Source: a bacterium
Lineage (GTDB): Bacteria; SAR324; JACQKK01
Direction of reading: 5' to 3'
Length of the DNA stretch: 64,000 nt
Assembly: GCA_965240465.1 (NCBI GenBank)
Contig: OZ251219.1
Location: forward strand, 576,001-640,000
This document shows, one piece after another, positions 42,207-51,226 of this stretch (position 1 is the stretch's first letter; every line of letters begins with the position of its first letter). The position numbers were made by a program, and so were the translations under genes. Below the pieces are notes generated by a model. It saw only the letters and a list, made by a program, of their open reading frames with translations, ran no database searches and was not told where the DNA came from.

Positions 42207-42923
42207 TCACAGCTGCTGGTACATTTTGTCTACCACTTGCTGCAAGTTCAGCTCAGTGGTATCCAGCCTAACTGCTTCCTTATCAGCCTGCAAGGGAGAT
42301 AAATCCCGCTGCTCGTCTTCAGCATCCCGACGCCTTAATTCCGTGCGTACGGAATCCAAATGCACCGAGCCAGCTCCGAGCTCAGTCCGACTACTATTCA
42401 GCTGACGATCCCGCTTCTCAGCTCGCTCAGCTCGCTTGGCTGAATGAGCATATAAAAAAAACTTGTGAGCCGACCGAGGAAAAACCTCCGTTCCCATATC
42501 CCGACCCTCTGCCACCAATCCTTTCTTACCAGCCGACATTAACTGAGCAGTTATGGCATGTAAGGCATCATTTACCTTCTTACGCATCCAAGCCTGTTGA
42601 CTAAGCACAGCACTAGCCTTACTCAGCTCTTCTGAATATAAATTTGCCCTCACCACCTCGCCATCCAAACACACCTCATTGATAGCCGTAAAACTCAGCT
42701 TCACTTGCTTCAATAAAGGAGGAACTTCCTTCCACTCCCAGCCCCGCTGAAAAGCCGCCCAACTCAAAGCCCGATAACCCAAACCCGATGACAAAAATCC
42801 ATACCCCAACAACTCCGATAATCTCCTCGCAACACTGGTTTTTCCCACGGCAGCCGCTCCGTCCACCGTTATCACTTCAAATGAGGATGTTTCACGTGAA
42901 ACAATTTTGTGCTTGGTAATCAT
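42207..42923 (-). CDS. cmk: Cytidylate kinase
   Basis: ITVDG.AAVGKTS, SG..YRA, AEGRDMGT.VFP, RRD..D..R..SPL. Confidence 0.92.
   Translation of the reverse strand: MITKHKIVSRETSSFEVITVDGAAAVGKTSVARRLSELLGYGFLSSGLGYRALSWAAFQRGWEWKEVPPLLKQVKLSFTAINEVCLDGEVVRANLYSEELSKASAVLSQQAWMRKKVNDALHAITAQLMSAGKKGLVAEGRDMGTEVFPRSAHKFFLYAHSAKRAERAEKRDRQLNSSRTELGAGSVHLDSVRTELRRRDAEDEQRDLSPLQADKEAVRLDTTELNLQQVVDKMYQQL
42888..42903. promoter_or_regulatory. parS centromere-like site
   Basis: Perfect palindrome TGTTTCACGTGAAACA matching the bacterial parS consensus. Confidence 0.85.
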
Positions 42924-43181
42924 TGGTGCTTTCCGTACTGGATTATACAATCCCACTTATACCTCCATTCTCGGAAAAATCCCAGTGCTTGTAAGAGTTT
43001 CAGGTAGCAAAATCTACCCCGTTCTGATAAGGTGAACTCGCAGGATTTGCTATTCAGGCTGATTTACTCTAAAAGATGGTGGGCTGATGTAATCATCTCT
43101 CCTGATAGACATCGGTAGGTACTTGTTGGCGGGTACTTGTTGATAGGCAGCTAGTAGGCAGTGAATTATTAAAGAAGGACA

Positions 43182-44156
43182 ATGGCAAAATTCGTAGTAC
43201 TGGGAGCGGGCACTTGGGGAACCACCTTAGGCATGCTACTAAGCAAGCAAGGGCATCAGGGCTGGTTATGGGATAATAATCCCGACTGGCTAAGCTTGCT
43301 AAAGCGTGAACGCAGCCACCCGCGTTTGAAACAGCCCTTTCCTGAGCTATTGGAGATCGCCGAAAATCTCCCCGAACTACTGCCACAAGCCGAATTCCTG
43401 CTGGGAGTTATTCCTTGCGGAGGAGTGCGGGAAGCTTGTCAGGTAATCGCCCCCGATTATCAGGGGCAATTGTTTATCAGCTGTTCCAAGGGAATAGAAA
43501 AGAATACCTTTAAATTGCCCCATCAGGTGATTCAGGAAACCTTGGGAAAAAAAGCGGTCGGACGAGTAGTAGCTTTAACTGGTCCCAGTCATGCGGAGGA
43601 AGTCTGTCGCGATAAACCCACCGCCATCTTGTTGGCAGCCGAGTCCCTAGGAATAGTCAAAAAGGCTAGTGAATTCTTAGCTGGTCCCCGATTTTTCCCG
43701 CACCTTTCCTCCGATATAATTGGTGCCGAACTGGGTGGAGCTCTAAAAAACGTGGTCGCGATCGCTTGCGGGATCAGCCGAGGAATAGGCGGGGGCGATA
43801 ATACCCAGTCCGCTTTGATAACCATAGGTCTGGCAGAAATACTCCGATTGGGAGAAATACTGGGTGCTAAAAAGGAAACCCTCTATGGTCTGGGTGGCCT
43901 GGGTGATCTACTAGTTACTTGCATGAGCATTCATAGTCGCAATAATAATTTTGGTAAATTACTAGGGGCAGGACATAGCACTGAGGAAGCCATGGAAAAA
44001 ATCGGCATGGTGGTGGAAGGAGTTTATACCGTCAAAACTGCAGCCCAGCTAGCTAAGAAATATCAAATCAAGACTCCCCTCATCCAAGGAGTGGAAGCCC
44101 TGCTTAATGGTCAGATGGACGCTGATCAGATGATTTGTCAATTGCTCCAAGCTTAA
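43182..44156 (+). CDS. gpsA: Glycerol-3-phosphate dehydrogenase [NAD(P)+]
   Basis: GAGTWGT, SKGIE, GPSHAEEV, GGALKNV.AIA.G, GDL.VTC.S.HSRN. Confidence 0.95.
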   Translation: MAKFVVLGAGTWGTTLGMLLSKQGHQGWLWDNNPDWLSLLKRERSHPRLKQPFPELLEIAENLPELLPQAEFLLGVIPCGGVREACQVIAPDYQGQLFISCSKGIEKNTFKLPHQVIQETLGKKAVGRVVALTGPSHAEEVCRDKPTAILLAAESLGIVKKASEFLAGPRFFPHLSSDIIGAELGGALKNVVAIACGISRGIGGGDNTQSALITIGLAEILRLGEILGAKKETLYGLGGLGDLLVTCMSIHSRNNNFGKLLGAGHSTEEAMEKIGMVVEGVYTVKTAAQLAKKYQIKTPLIQGVEALLNGQMDADQMICQLLQA

Positions 44157-44172
44157 AGTTTTTGGAGAAAAA

Positions 44173-45021
44173 ATGCTGTTATTTGGTCATCATGTGGTTG
44201 AGGCTGCTTTACGTTCCCAGCGACGAAAATTGCAGCAGCTTTGGTCGGTGTCTTCTGTTCCACTTTGGAAGGAACTAGCTGAGGCTGCTAAGGTGCCTCA
44301 TCAGTTGGCAGGCAAATTGGAGTTAGATACTCGTTGCCAAGGTGGTCGGCATCAGGGAGTGGCTTTGGATTGCGGAGCTCTGCCTTGGCAATCGGTGGAA
44401 GAACTTTTGTCCGCGACGGGCGATGAGAAAAGTAGCGTGCTAGTAGTGCTAGACCAAGTACTGGACCCTCGCAACTTGGGAAGCATTGCTCGGGCAGCGG
44501 GTGCTTTGGGGGCTAGGGGGATGGTGTTACCTCGCCAACGGAGTGCTCCTTTAAGTGTGGTTGCCAGTCGGGCTTCGGCAGGAGCGTTAGAGTGGCTGCC
44601 TCTGACTCAGGTGGTTAATCTGGCACGCTTCCTCAAACAAGCCCATCAGCAAGATTGGTGGCGAGTGGCGGCTGTCATTGAGGGAGGTCAAGCTCCTGAG
44701 GCAATAAAACCAGCGGCTACCGAAGCTGTGTCTACCAAAAAATCTCGCTGGATACTGGTCTTGGGTGGGGAAGGTAAGGGCATTCGTCCTTTGGTACAAT
44801 CCCAGTGCGATTATCTATGTACCATCCCTCAGTCTTCATTGATCCTTGCCCCCTCCTCGATCCCTGCCTCTCAGCTCCCCTCCTCACCGATCCCTGCCTC
44901 TCAGCTCCCCTCCTCGCCGATCCCTGCCTCCCAGCCCTCACCGATCCCTGCCTCCCAACCTAGTTCTATTTGTCTGAGTGTTTCTCAAGCTGCCACTATT
45001 TTGCTACATCATTTTTGTTGA
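44173..45021 (+). CDS. rlmB: 23S rRNA Gm2251 methyltransferase (SPOUT) with C-terminal repeat insertion
   Basis: FG.H.V, HQGV, LD.V.DPRNLG.I.R, ASAGA.E, GGEGKGIR. Confidence 0.85.
   Translation: MLLFGHHVVEAALRSQRRKLQQLWSVSSVPLWKELAEAAKVPHQLAGKLELDTRCQGGRHQGVALDCGALPWQSVEELLSATGDEKSSVLVVLDQVLDPRNLGSIARAAGALGARGMVLPRQRSAPLSVVASRASAGALEWLPLTQVVNLARFLKQAHQQDWWRVAAVIEGGQAPEAIKPAATEAVSTKKSRWILVLGGEGKGIRPLVQSQCDYLCTIPQSSLILAPSSIPASQLPSSPIPASQLPSSPIPASQPSPIPASQPSSICLSVSQAATILLHHFC
44850..44960. repeat. ~30-bp in-frame repeat (SSPIPASQLP, ~4 units) in rlmB
   Basis: CGATCCCTGCCTC recurs four times. Confidence 0.85.
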
Positions 45022-45059
45022 TTTGTTTTTTAATTGGAGATTGGATAGTCGCTGGCAGG

Positions 45060-46292
45060 CTAAGAAACAATTTTTAGGGGGAGGCGAGGGTAGTCGGGCA
45101 ATCCGTTTTGGTATGGGGGAGGTTGTTCGCCTTGGATGAGGGGAAGGCAGTAGGAACGGAAGGCCTCGGTGATGTGCATGCCATTGGAGCTGATAAAGGC
45201 GGGGGGGAGGCATTTTTCTTGGTTGGCGATTAGTTGGGCTTCGGTGTGCGATATTTCCCAGCGATAAGGATTGTCTTGGATGCGTTTGATGATGCTTACC
45301 ACCCCGCTCAGACCTTTTTCTGCCAGTTGGACTGCATGTTTTCCACAGGCGATGGCTTGTTGAATGTCCACTCCTGCTGCAGCATGTCGGGCGGAGCGTT
45401 GGCAATAATCGGGGATGGCCCGATGGGTTTTTAGCTTCAGATTTTGCTGGGTCAGTTGTTGGATGTAGCTTCCAGCTCCTCCTAATTGGACATGCCCGAA
45501 AGAATCTTGGCGGCCAGATTCTGCCAGAAAGCGAGCTTGGGTATTTTTAATCCCCTCTGCGACTGTGATGGAGCAAAATCCATGTAGGGAGACATTGGTT
45601 TCCACGGCTGCCAAAAATTTATCTTCTTGAAAGGGGATTTCTGGTAAGAGAATGAGATGGGGACCATCTTTTTCGGTTAAGCGGGCTAGGGAAGTGGCCG
45701 CGGCGATCCAACCTGCGTGGCGTCCCATGGTTTCCATGATGAAGACCTTGGTGGAGTCGGCACACATGGATTCGGTATCGCGACTAGCTTCCAGCATGGA
45801 TATAGCATTGTATTTGGCTACCGAGCCGAAGCCTGGGGAGTTATCGGTAATGGGGAGGTCATTATCAATGGTTTTGGGAATGCCGATCACTTGCAGGGGG
45901 TAGGATTGCTGTTGGGCGAATCTGTTGATTTGATGAACGGTATCCATGGAGTCATTTCCGCCATTATAAAAGAGATATCCAATTTGGTGAACGGAGAAAG
46001 TTTCCAGCAGTTTTTGAAAGATGGCGGCTTCTTGTTGAATATCCTTCAGCTTACGGCGACAAGAACCAAAGGCTCCTGCTGGCAGCTGAGCTAGGGTATC
46101 AACCTGAGACTCACTCCAATCGCTGAGGGCGATGAGTTCATTATTGATTATTCCATTTAAGCCTTGCCGAGCAGCGAAGGTCTTTTTGATCTCCCGACTA
46201 GCACGAGCTGCTTTTAGCCATCCGTGAGCACTGGCGTTGATGACCGCAGTGACCCCACCAGATTGAGCATAAACCGCATTTTCTCCTGTCAT
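45060..46292 (-). CDS. pfkA: 6-phosphofructokinase, probably PPi-dependent
   Basis: QSGGVTAVIN, GGNDS (Asp at the phosphoryl-donor position), PKTIDND, MGRHAGW. Confidence 0.9.
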   Translation of the reverse strand: MTGENAVYAQSGGVTAVINASAHGWLKAARASREIKKTFAARQGLNGIINNELIALSDWSESQVDTLAQLPAGAFGSCRRKLKDIQQEAAIFQKLLETFSVHQIGYLFYNGGNDSMDTVHQINRFAQQQSYPLQVIGIPKTIDNDLPITDNSPGFGSVAKYNAISMLEASRDTESMCADSTKVFIMETMGRHAGWIAAATSLARLTEKDGPHLILLPEIPFQEDKFLAAVETNVSLHGFCSITVAEGIKNTQARFLAESGRQDSFGHVQLGGAGSYIQQLTQQNLKLKTHRAIPDYCQRSARHAAAGVDIQQAIACGKHAVQLAEKGLSGVVSIIKRIQDNPYRWEISHTEAQLIANQEKCLPPAFISSNGMHITEAFRSYCLPLIQGEQPPPYQNGLPDYPRLPLKIVS

Positions 46293-46536
46293 AATAATTT
46301 GTTTTGGCCCCGTTATTGAATTTTTTCAGATCCGCCTGAATTATCACCTATCTATTCCGAGCTCAATTCTTTGAGGCATTGAGAAAAATTAATGAGAAAC
46401 CCCGTGCATGCAGAGTTAAACCAAAAATGAAATAAATTTTTTCCGTGCGCACGGAGTTTTTCGTCTTACCAAGAATTTACAAGTAGTACAGCCATAAAAA
46501 GTCAATATTCTCAATACTTAGTTGCAGTTTCACGGC

Positions 46537-47088
46537 TTAGTTAATGTGCTTAGGGTTTTTGGGCATTCTTAGACGGGACAACATGCGATTCCATCTTTCC
46601 TCTTCTGACAAGTCCTTCTCTGACAAGTCCTTCTCTTCTTGGGGATCCAGATAGAGGGTTTTAATTCTTTCCTGTTCTTCAGCATCCATTTTGGAGTGCT
46701 CCAGCACCTTATCAGCTACATAAATGGGGGAGTTCATTCTTAGAGCCAAGGCGATCGCATCGCTTGGTCGGGAGTCCAGTTTCAGGTCGTTGCCCTGGGA
46801 GCGAAGGTGAATACGAGCTACATAAGTACTATCTACCATATCGGTCACTTCTATTCGGGCTATCTTAGCTTTCATATTTTGTAGCATGTTGCAGAACAGG
46901 TCATGGGTCAGCGGACGAGGCGGCTCCAAATCATATAATTTGGTAGCAATTGAATGAGCCTCAAATATGCCGATATGAATGGGCATCAGCCAGCCGTACT
47001 GGCGGTCTTCCAAGATAATGACGGGACTCGGCATGCTGGGATCCAGCACCAGACAATTAACATGCATGCGGGTGAATTTAGCAATCAT
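46537..47088 (-). CDS. Bifunctional nuclease (DUF151) family protein
   Basis: PI.IG.FEA..IA, PRPLTHDL, DSRPSDAIALALR. Confidence 0.9.
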   Translation of the reverse strand: MIAKFTRMHVNCLVLDPSMPSPVIILEDRQYGWLMPIHIGIFEAHSIATKLYDLEPPRPLTHDLFCNMLQNMKAKIARIEVTDMVDSTYVARIHLRSQGNDLKLDSRPSDAIALALRMNSPIYVADKVLEHSKMDAEEQERIKTLYLDPQEEKDLSEKDLSEEERWNRMLSRLRMPKNPKHIN

Positions 47089-48476
47089 GCGGCGGTCTCG
47101 GCAGGGGATTTAGAATAAGCTTGGGCTACCAAAGAGTGCTGGCGAACATGGCTAATAGAAACCGTCAGTAGCTCGCCGATGGCAATGTTTTCTCCTGCGA
47201 GCATGACGGGAACATGTCCTCGGGTGCGACCGCCCATAAGGGGCACGTTTTTGCTACTGCGAGGATGACGATACTCCACCAGCACCTGCTGTTTGGTACC
47301 CACCAATTTTTTTAGCTGCGGCTGACTAATCTCTTGCTGAAGATTTAGCAATCGCAACAAACGCTCTTGTTTGATGTCCTCAGGGATCTGCAAGGAGAAT
47401 TTGGCAGCTGGCGTCCCTGGGCGAGAAGAATACTTGAAAGCATAAATATGTTGAAAACGAACTTGATTGACTACCTCTAGAGTTCGTTCAAAGTCGGACT
47501 CGGTTTCAGCGGGAAAGCCGACTATGATATCGGTGGAGAGTGTTAGTGAGGGAACTTGGCTGTACATTAGAGCCACCTTTTCATAAAAGTTTTCTCTGGT
47601 GTAGCCGCGACGCATGGCTTTAAGTATGCGATCAGAGCCAGATTGCAAGGGTAGATGGAGATGCTCACAAAGGGCAGAGAGATTTTTATGGGCTTGAGCG
47701 AGTTCCAGTTTCACGTCTTTGGGATGAGGAGAAATGTAGCGAATTCTAGCTAAGCCTTTTATTTTATTTAGCATTGCCAATAATTCCACGAACGAAATTC
47801 CTTCAGCCCGATATGAATTAACATTTTGTCCCAGCAGGTTGATCTCTTTTACTCCTAGTTTCACCAAGCTTTTGGCTTCGCTCACAATTTGGCTGGCACG
47901 GCGACTAATCTCCCGACCACGGGTATAGGGAACCACACAAAAAGTACACATGTTATTGCAGCCCTTAGTTATCGCTATTTGGCTGGTAACCGAGGAGGTT
48001 TCCTCAGAAAAGGGCAGGTTTATAGTCCATTCGGTGGGAACAAAATCCTCTACCCTTCCCTTGGGAAGGGGTTTCCAATCATTCTCCAAAACCCTCTCCC
48101 CCTGCTCTGCTTGCTCTAAAAGCCGAGGTAACTGAAATATGGCATCGGTCCCGAACACCAAATCTACTTGAGGAGCCCGCTCAAATATCTGGGCTCCTCT
48201 TTGCTGAGCCACACAGCCGCAAACTCCAATCTTTAACTCAGGACGCTTCTGCTTTAGCTTATTCATGCGTCCCAAAAAGCTATAAAGCTTATGCTCGGGT
48301 TTCTCCCGAATGGCACAAGTATTCACCAGCACCAGATCAGCTTTAGACGGCTGATCAGTTCTTAGATATCCCCTCACGGCTAGCTGCTGCCACAACTTTT
48401 CTGAGTCGTACTGGTTCATCTGACATCCATGGGTCTGGAGGTAGACGTGCTTATTTTTAGGTGAGGAAGAAATCAT
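47085..48476 (-). CDS. miaB: tRNA-2-methylthio-N6-isopentenyladenosine synthase
   Basis: GCQMN.YDS, NTCAIRE, GCVAQ, CNNMCTFC radical-SAM motif, TRAM domain; start set at MISSS. Confidence 0.95.
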   Translation of the reverse strand: MISSSPKNKHVYLQTHGCQMNQYDSEKLWQQLAVRGYLRTDQPSKADLVLVNTCAIREKPEHKLYSFLGRMNKLKQKRPELKIGVCGCVAQQRGAQIFERAPQVDLVFGTDAIFQLPRLLEQAEQGERVLENDWKPLPKGRVEDFVPTEWTINLPFSEETSSVTSQIAITKGCNNMCTFCVVPYTRGREISRRASQIVSEAKSLVKLGVKEINLLGQNVNSYRAEGISFVELLAMLNKIKGLARIRYISPHPKDVKLELAQAHKNLSALCEHLHLPLQSGSDRILKAMRRGYTRENFYEKVALMYSQVPSLTLSTDIIVGFPAETESDFERTLEVVNQVRFQHIYAFKYSSRPGTPAAKFSLQIPEDIKQERLLRLLNLQQEISQPQLKKLVGTKQQVLVEYRHPRSSKNVPLMGGRTRGHVPVMLAGENIAIGELLTVSISHVRQHSLVAQAYSKSPAETAA

Positions 48477-48649
48477 GACTTTTTTATTTGGGTTTTTTAT
48501 CCTAAAGGTCCGAAATTTGATCACGAACCTATGGATACATTCTAACACCTTTGAAGGGATGGTTGGGCATGAAAAGGTCGTGAACGAGAATTGTCAGCGG
48601 GAGATTGTCAGCGGGAGATTTGTCGGTGAGAAAGAGCGGTGGAAAGTTA

Positions 48650-50065
48650 TCAGCGATCAGGGGGGAGGTACCTAGTACAGCTGGGGCAAACCGACTTTAG
48701 ACATCTGCTGCTCAGTGATTTTTTACAGAAAGCATAATGGCTAGTGCTAAATAGGGGCATGTAGGGGAGGTTTGCTTGTAGTTCGGCTTCCCATGAGCTA
48801 GGACTGGCAAGGGATTCGTTCAGGTACTCAGTCCAGAGGTCTTGGAGAGTGCCATCGTTTAGGTCTACGATGTCTAGGAAGAAATCTGCCTGCGGGATGC
48901 TATTGGCAAATCTATGTACGGGGGTAGCCGATACCACCACCCGCAACCTGAGATTACGCTGCCAGCTTTGCGATATTTGGCGGGCGACATGTTCCATCCA
49001 GGGATTGGCGATGACGGCAATTTGTAGCGTAGGTGGGTTATCTTTTTGGAACCATTGAATGCGGGCTTGCTGGGCATTATCTACCAAGGGGGTGAGGTGA
49101 GTACTTGGGTCTAGGAGGGGGCGGAGGAAATGGGTAGTAGGCGATAATCTTCTATTTGAGAAGGAGGTAGCAATTTTATTTCTGGGGATAGTCAATCTCA
49201 GGGATTGCCGAATGGATAAGGGTTGCTCTTTTTTTCCCTTGGAGGAGCGTAGTATCCATTGTTGTCCGCCAGTCATTTGCCCCCATGATTCACGCTTGGT
49301 GTTTTTTTTCAAAAAGAAGGCTAGGTCTTCTCCTTCTACCAGAACGGCTTCTAAGCTGCCGTTTTGGTAATCTTGCCAGAGAGTGCTTAACTGGCGATAA
49401 CCGCGTAGTTCTATTTCCCCTTGGGATTGAGGAAAAAATAACCGATACCACCATTTTTTCTCCCGATGAGAAGCATGTTCCATCCGTACTGCACGAGGCC
49501 ACCAACGACAACCATCACTTATGGTTTCAGTTTTTGCGATTGTTTCGGGGCTGGTTGCCAGACTCAGTTTAGGCTGGGTATCGGGAAAGGGGAGCAAATG
49601 TACTCCCTGCAGACGGCTAGTGGTTATCAGGGCCGGTAGCGGTTGTGAAGATAATTGCACCAAGGGGGGAGCAAGCAAATTTGATATTCCCCAAGTCAGA
49701 GAAGCTAAGGGCAGTTTGTTGCTCAGCGACTGTTGCCAGTTCATAAAGCTAAGTCCATCTCTGCTTAATCCTTCTTTGCTTAATCCTTCTCTAAAGAGAT
49801 TTGTTTTAAGTCCAAATCCTAGGCGATCTTTGCCTTGAAGTTCATAAAACCAAGGAAGCTCATTCCAGCTCCCTAGTCCATATACCAAACGCAACACGCG
49901 TAAATCTCGCTGTGCATGAGGCTGCACATGGCATAATCTTGGGAGGGGATGAAAGATCCCCACCCGATAAGATTGGGCGTTGGCTACCAGCGGACAAATT
50001 GCCGTCATAGCTAATAACATGCACCCAGTAGCCATCCAGAAATAATGCCTAAAAATAATGTTCAT
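48650..50065 (-). CDS. Exported protein, possibly a divergent ABC substrate-binding (family 5-like) protein
   Basis: Signal peptide (ANA); weak family-5-like phrases (YQNGSL, IRQ.L...I.R, A.QI...W..NL.L.V). Confidence 0.4.
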   Translation of the reverse strand: MNIIFRHYFWMATGCMLLAMTAICPLVANAQSYRVGIFHPLPRLCHVQPHAQRDLRVLRLVYGLGSWNELPWFYELQGKDRLGFGLKTNLFREGLSKEGLSRDGLSFMNWQQSLSNKLPLASLTWGISNLLAPPLVQLSSQPLPALITTSRLQGVHLLPFPDTQPKLSLATSPETIAKTETISDGCRWWPRAVRMEHASHREKKWWYRLFFPQSQGEIELRGYRQLSTLWQDYQNGSLEAVLVEGEDLAFFLKKNTKRESWGQMTGGQQWILRSSKGKKEQPLSIRQSLRLTIPRNKIATSFSNRRLSPTTHFLRPLLDPSTHLTPLVDNAQQARIQWFQKDNPPTLQIAVIANPWMEHVARQISQSWQRNLRLRVVVSATPVHRFANSIPQADFFLDIVDLNDGTLQDLWTEYLNESLASPSSWEAELQANLPYMPLFSTSHYAFCKKSLSSRCLKSVCPSCTRYLPPDR

Positions 50066-50172
50066 GTATCTTGCTCTAGTTAACTTGATGATTAATTATT
50101 GTTGGTTTTATAAAACAAGCATCGGGTAGTTCTGTCAAATAAAAGCGGAGCGGTCAAAAAAATCGGGTGAGG

Positions 50173-50652
50173 TTAAAATCGGCTGGGTGGTGTTTTGGGA
50201 CTGAAATAATGGATCCCCAAGGCAATCAATATCAGCCCAGTGGGCAATTGGTGAAAGAGCAATAGTAATGGATGGCTCTGGGGATAATAAAGCGTAAGCA
50301 CCAATCCGCTTAAAATAAGCGTGATCCCGTTCCCAGCCTGAAGCAAGCCTGATATAGCAACGAAGGAAAAGTTTTTCAGCAAAAGGCGATGTTGATAAAT
50401 ATGTCGCCAAGCATAAAGGGGAAAAACAACCATAAAGAGTAATCCGCCCCAGATATGCAATAGGAAGATAAGGCGTGGCACGGGATTATCCGATTCCCTG
50501 GCGATCAAGAGGAGTAGTCCGCTTAAGGTTAGAATTAACAAGAGTGCTAAAACCATAACTCGCAGAGAATTTAGGCGGGCTGGTTTTTGTGTGGGTACTG
50601 ACATTCTTTCAGGATGATGCACTCTTTGCAGAGTGGTTTTCTGGCTTTGCAA
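50173..50652 (-). CDS. Hypothetical 4-TM membrane protein with His pairs (cytochrome b-like?)
   Basis: LSG...H.W.G and LSG...H...H repeats; start uncertain. Confidence 0.5.
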   Translation of the reverse strand: MQSQKTTLQRVHHPERMSVPTQKPARLNSLRVMVLALLLILTLSGLLLLIARESDNPVPRLIFLLHIWGGLLFMVVFPLYAWRHIYQHRLLLKNFSFVAISGLLQAGNGITLILSGLVLTLYYPQSHPLLLLFHQLPTGLILIALGIHYFSPKTPPSRF

Positions 50653-51215
50653 ACATAGCGTCCGTGCAGGATGAAATAATGATGAGCATGAGGGAGATGT
50701 TTTTTGGGAACAATAGCCAGCAGCTTTTTTTCTACCTCTAATGGGGTACGACCTGGGGCTAATCCAGTGCGATTACTAACCCGAAACACATGAGTATCCA
50801 CCGCAATGGTAGGATGACCAAAAGCTACCGCCCGTACCACATTGGCGGTCTTTCTACCTACTCCGGGTAGGGCTTCCAAGTCCTGATGACTTTCAGGCAC
50901 TGAACCCCGATGCTTTTCCAGCAGTAGCAGACAGGTTTTTATGATGTGCCGAGCCTTAGTAGGAGCTAAGCCGATCTGCTTGATGTGGTGGAGAAATTTT
51001 TTCTCACCCATCTCTAGCAGGGATTGAGGGGTGATGGGAAACAAGGTAGCAGTAACCCGATTAACAGAACGATCAGTAGCTTGGGCACTGAGAATGACTG
51101 CTACCAGCAGCTCAAATTTAGAGCCATAATTCAATTCGGTGGTGGGGGGTTGGGAGTGATCGGCGGCTAGTTTATTTATCAAAGCCGAAGCACGCTGGGA
51201 GTTCATTATCTGCAT
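50571..51215 (-). CDS. nth: Endonuclease III
   Basis: LSAQATD..VN, LPGVGRKTANVV, VDTHVFRV, C-x6-C-x2-C-x5-C. Confidence 0.96.
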   Translation of the reverse strand: MQIMNSQRASALINKLAADHSQPPTTELNYGSKFELLVAVILSAQATDRSVNRVTATLFPITPQSLLEMGEKKFLHHIKQIGLAPTKARHIIKTCLLLLEKHRGSVPESHQDLEALPGVGRKTANVVRAVAFGHPTIAVDTHVFRVSNRTGLAPGRTPLEVEKKLLAIVPKKHLPHAHHYFILHGRYVCKARKPLCKECIILKECQYPHKNQPA

Positions 51216-51226
51216 CCTCTAAAAAA

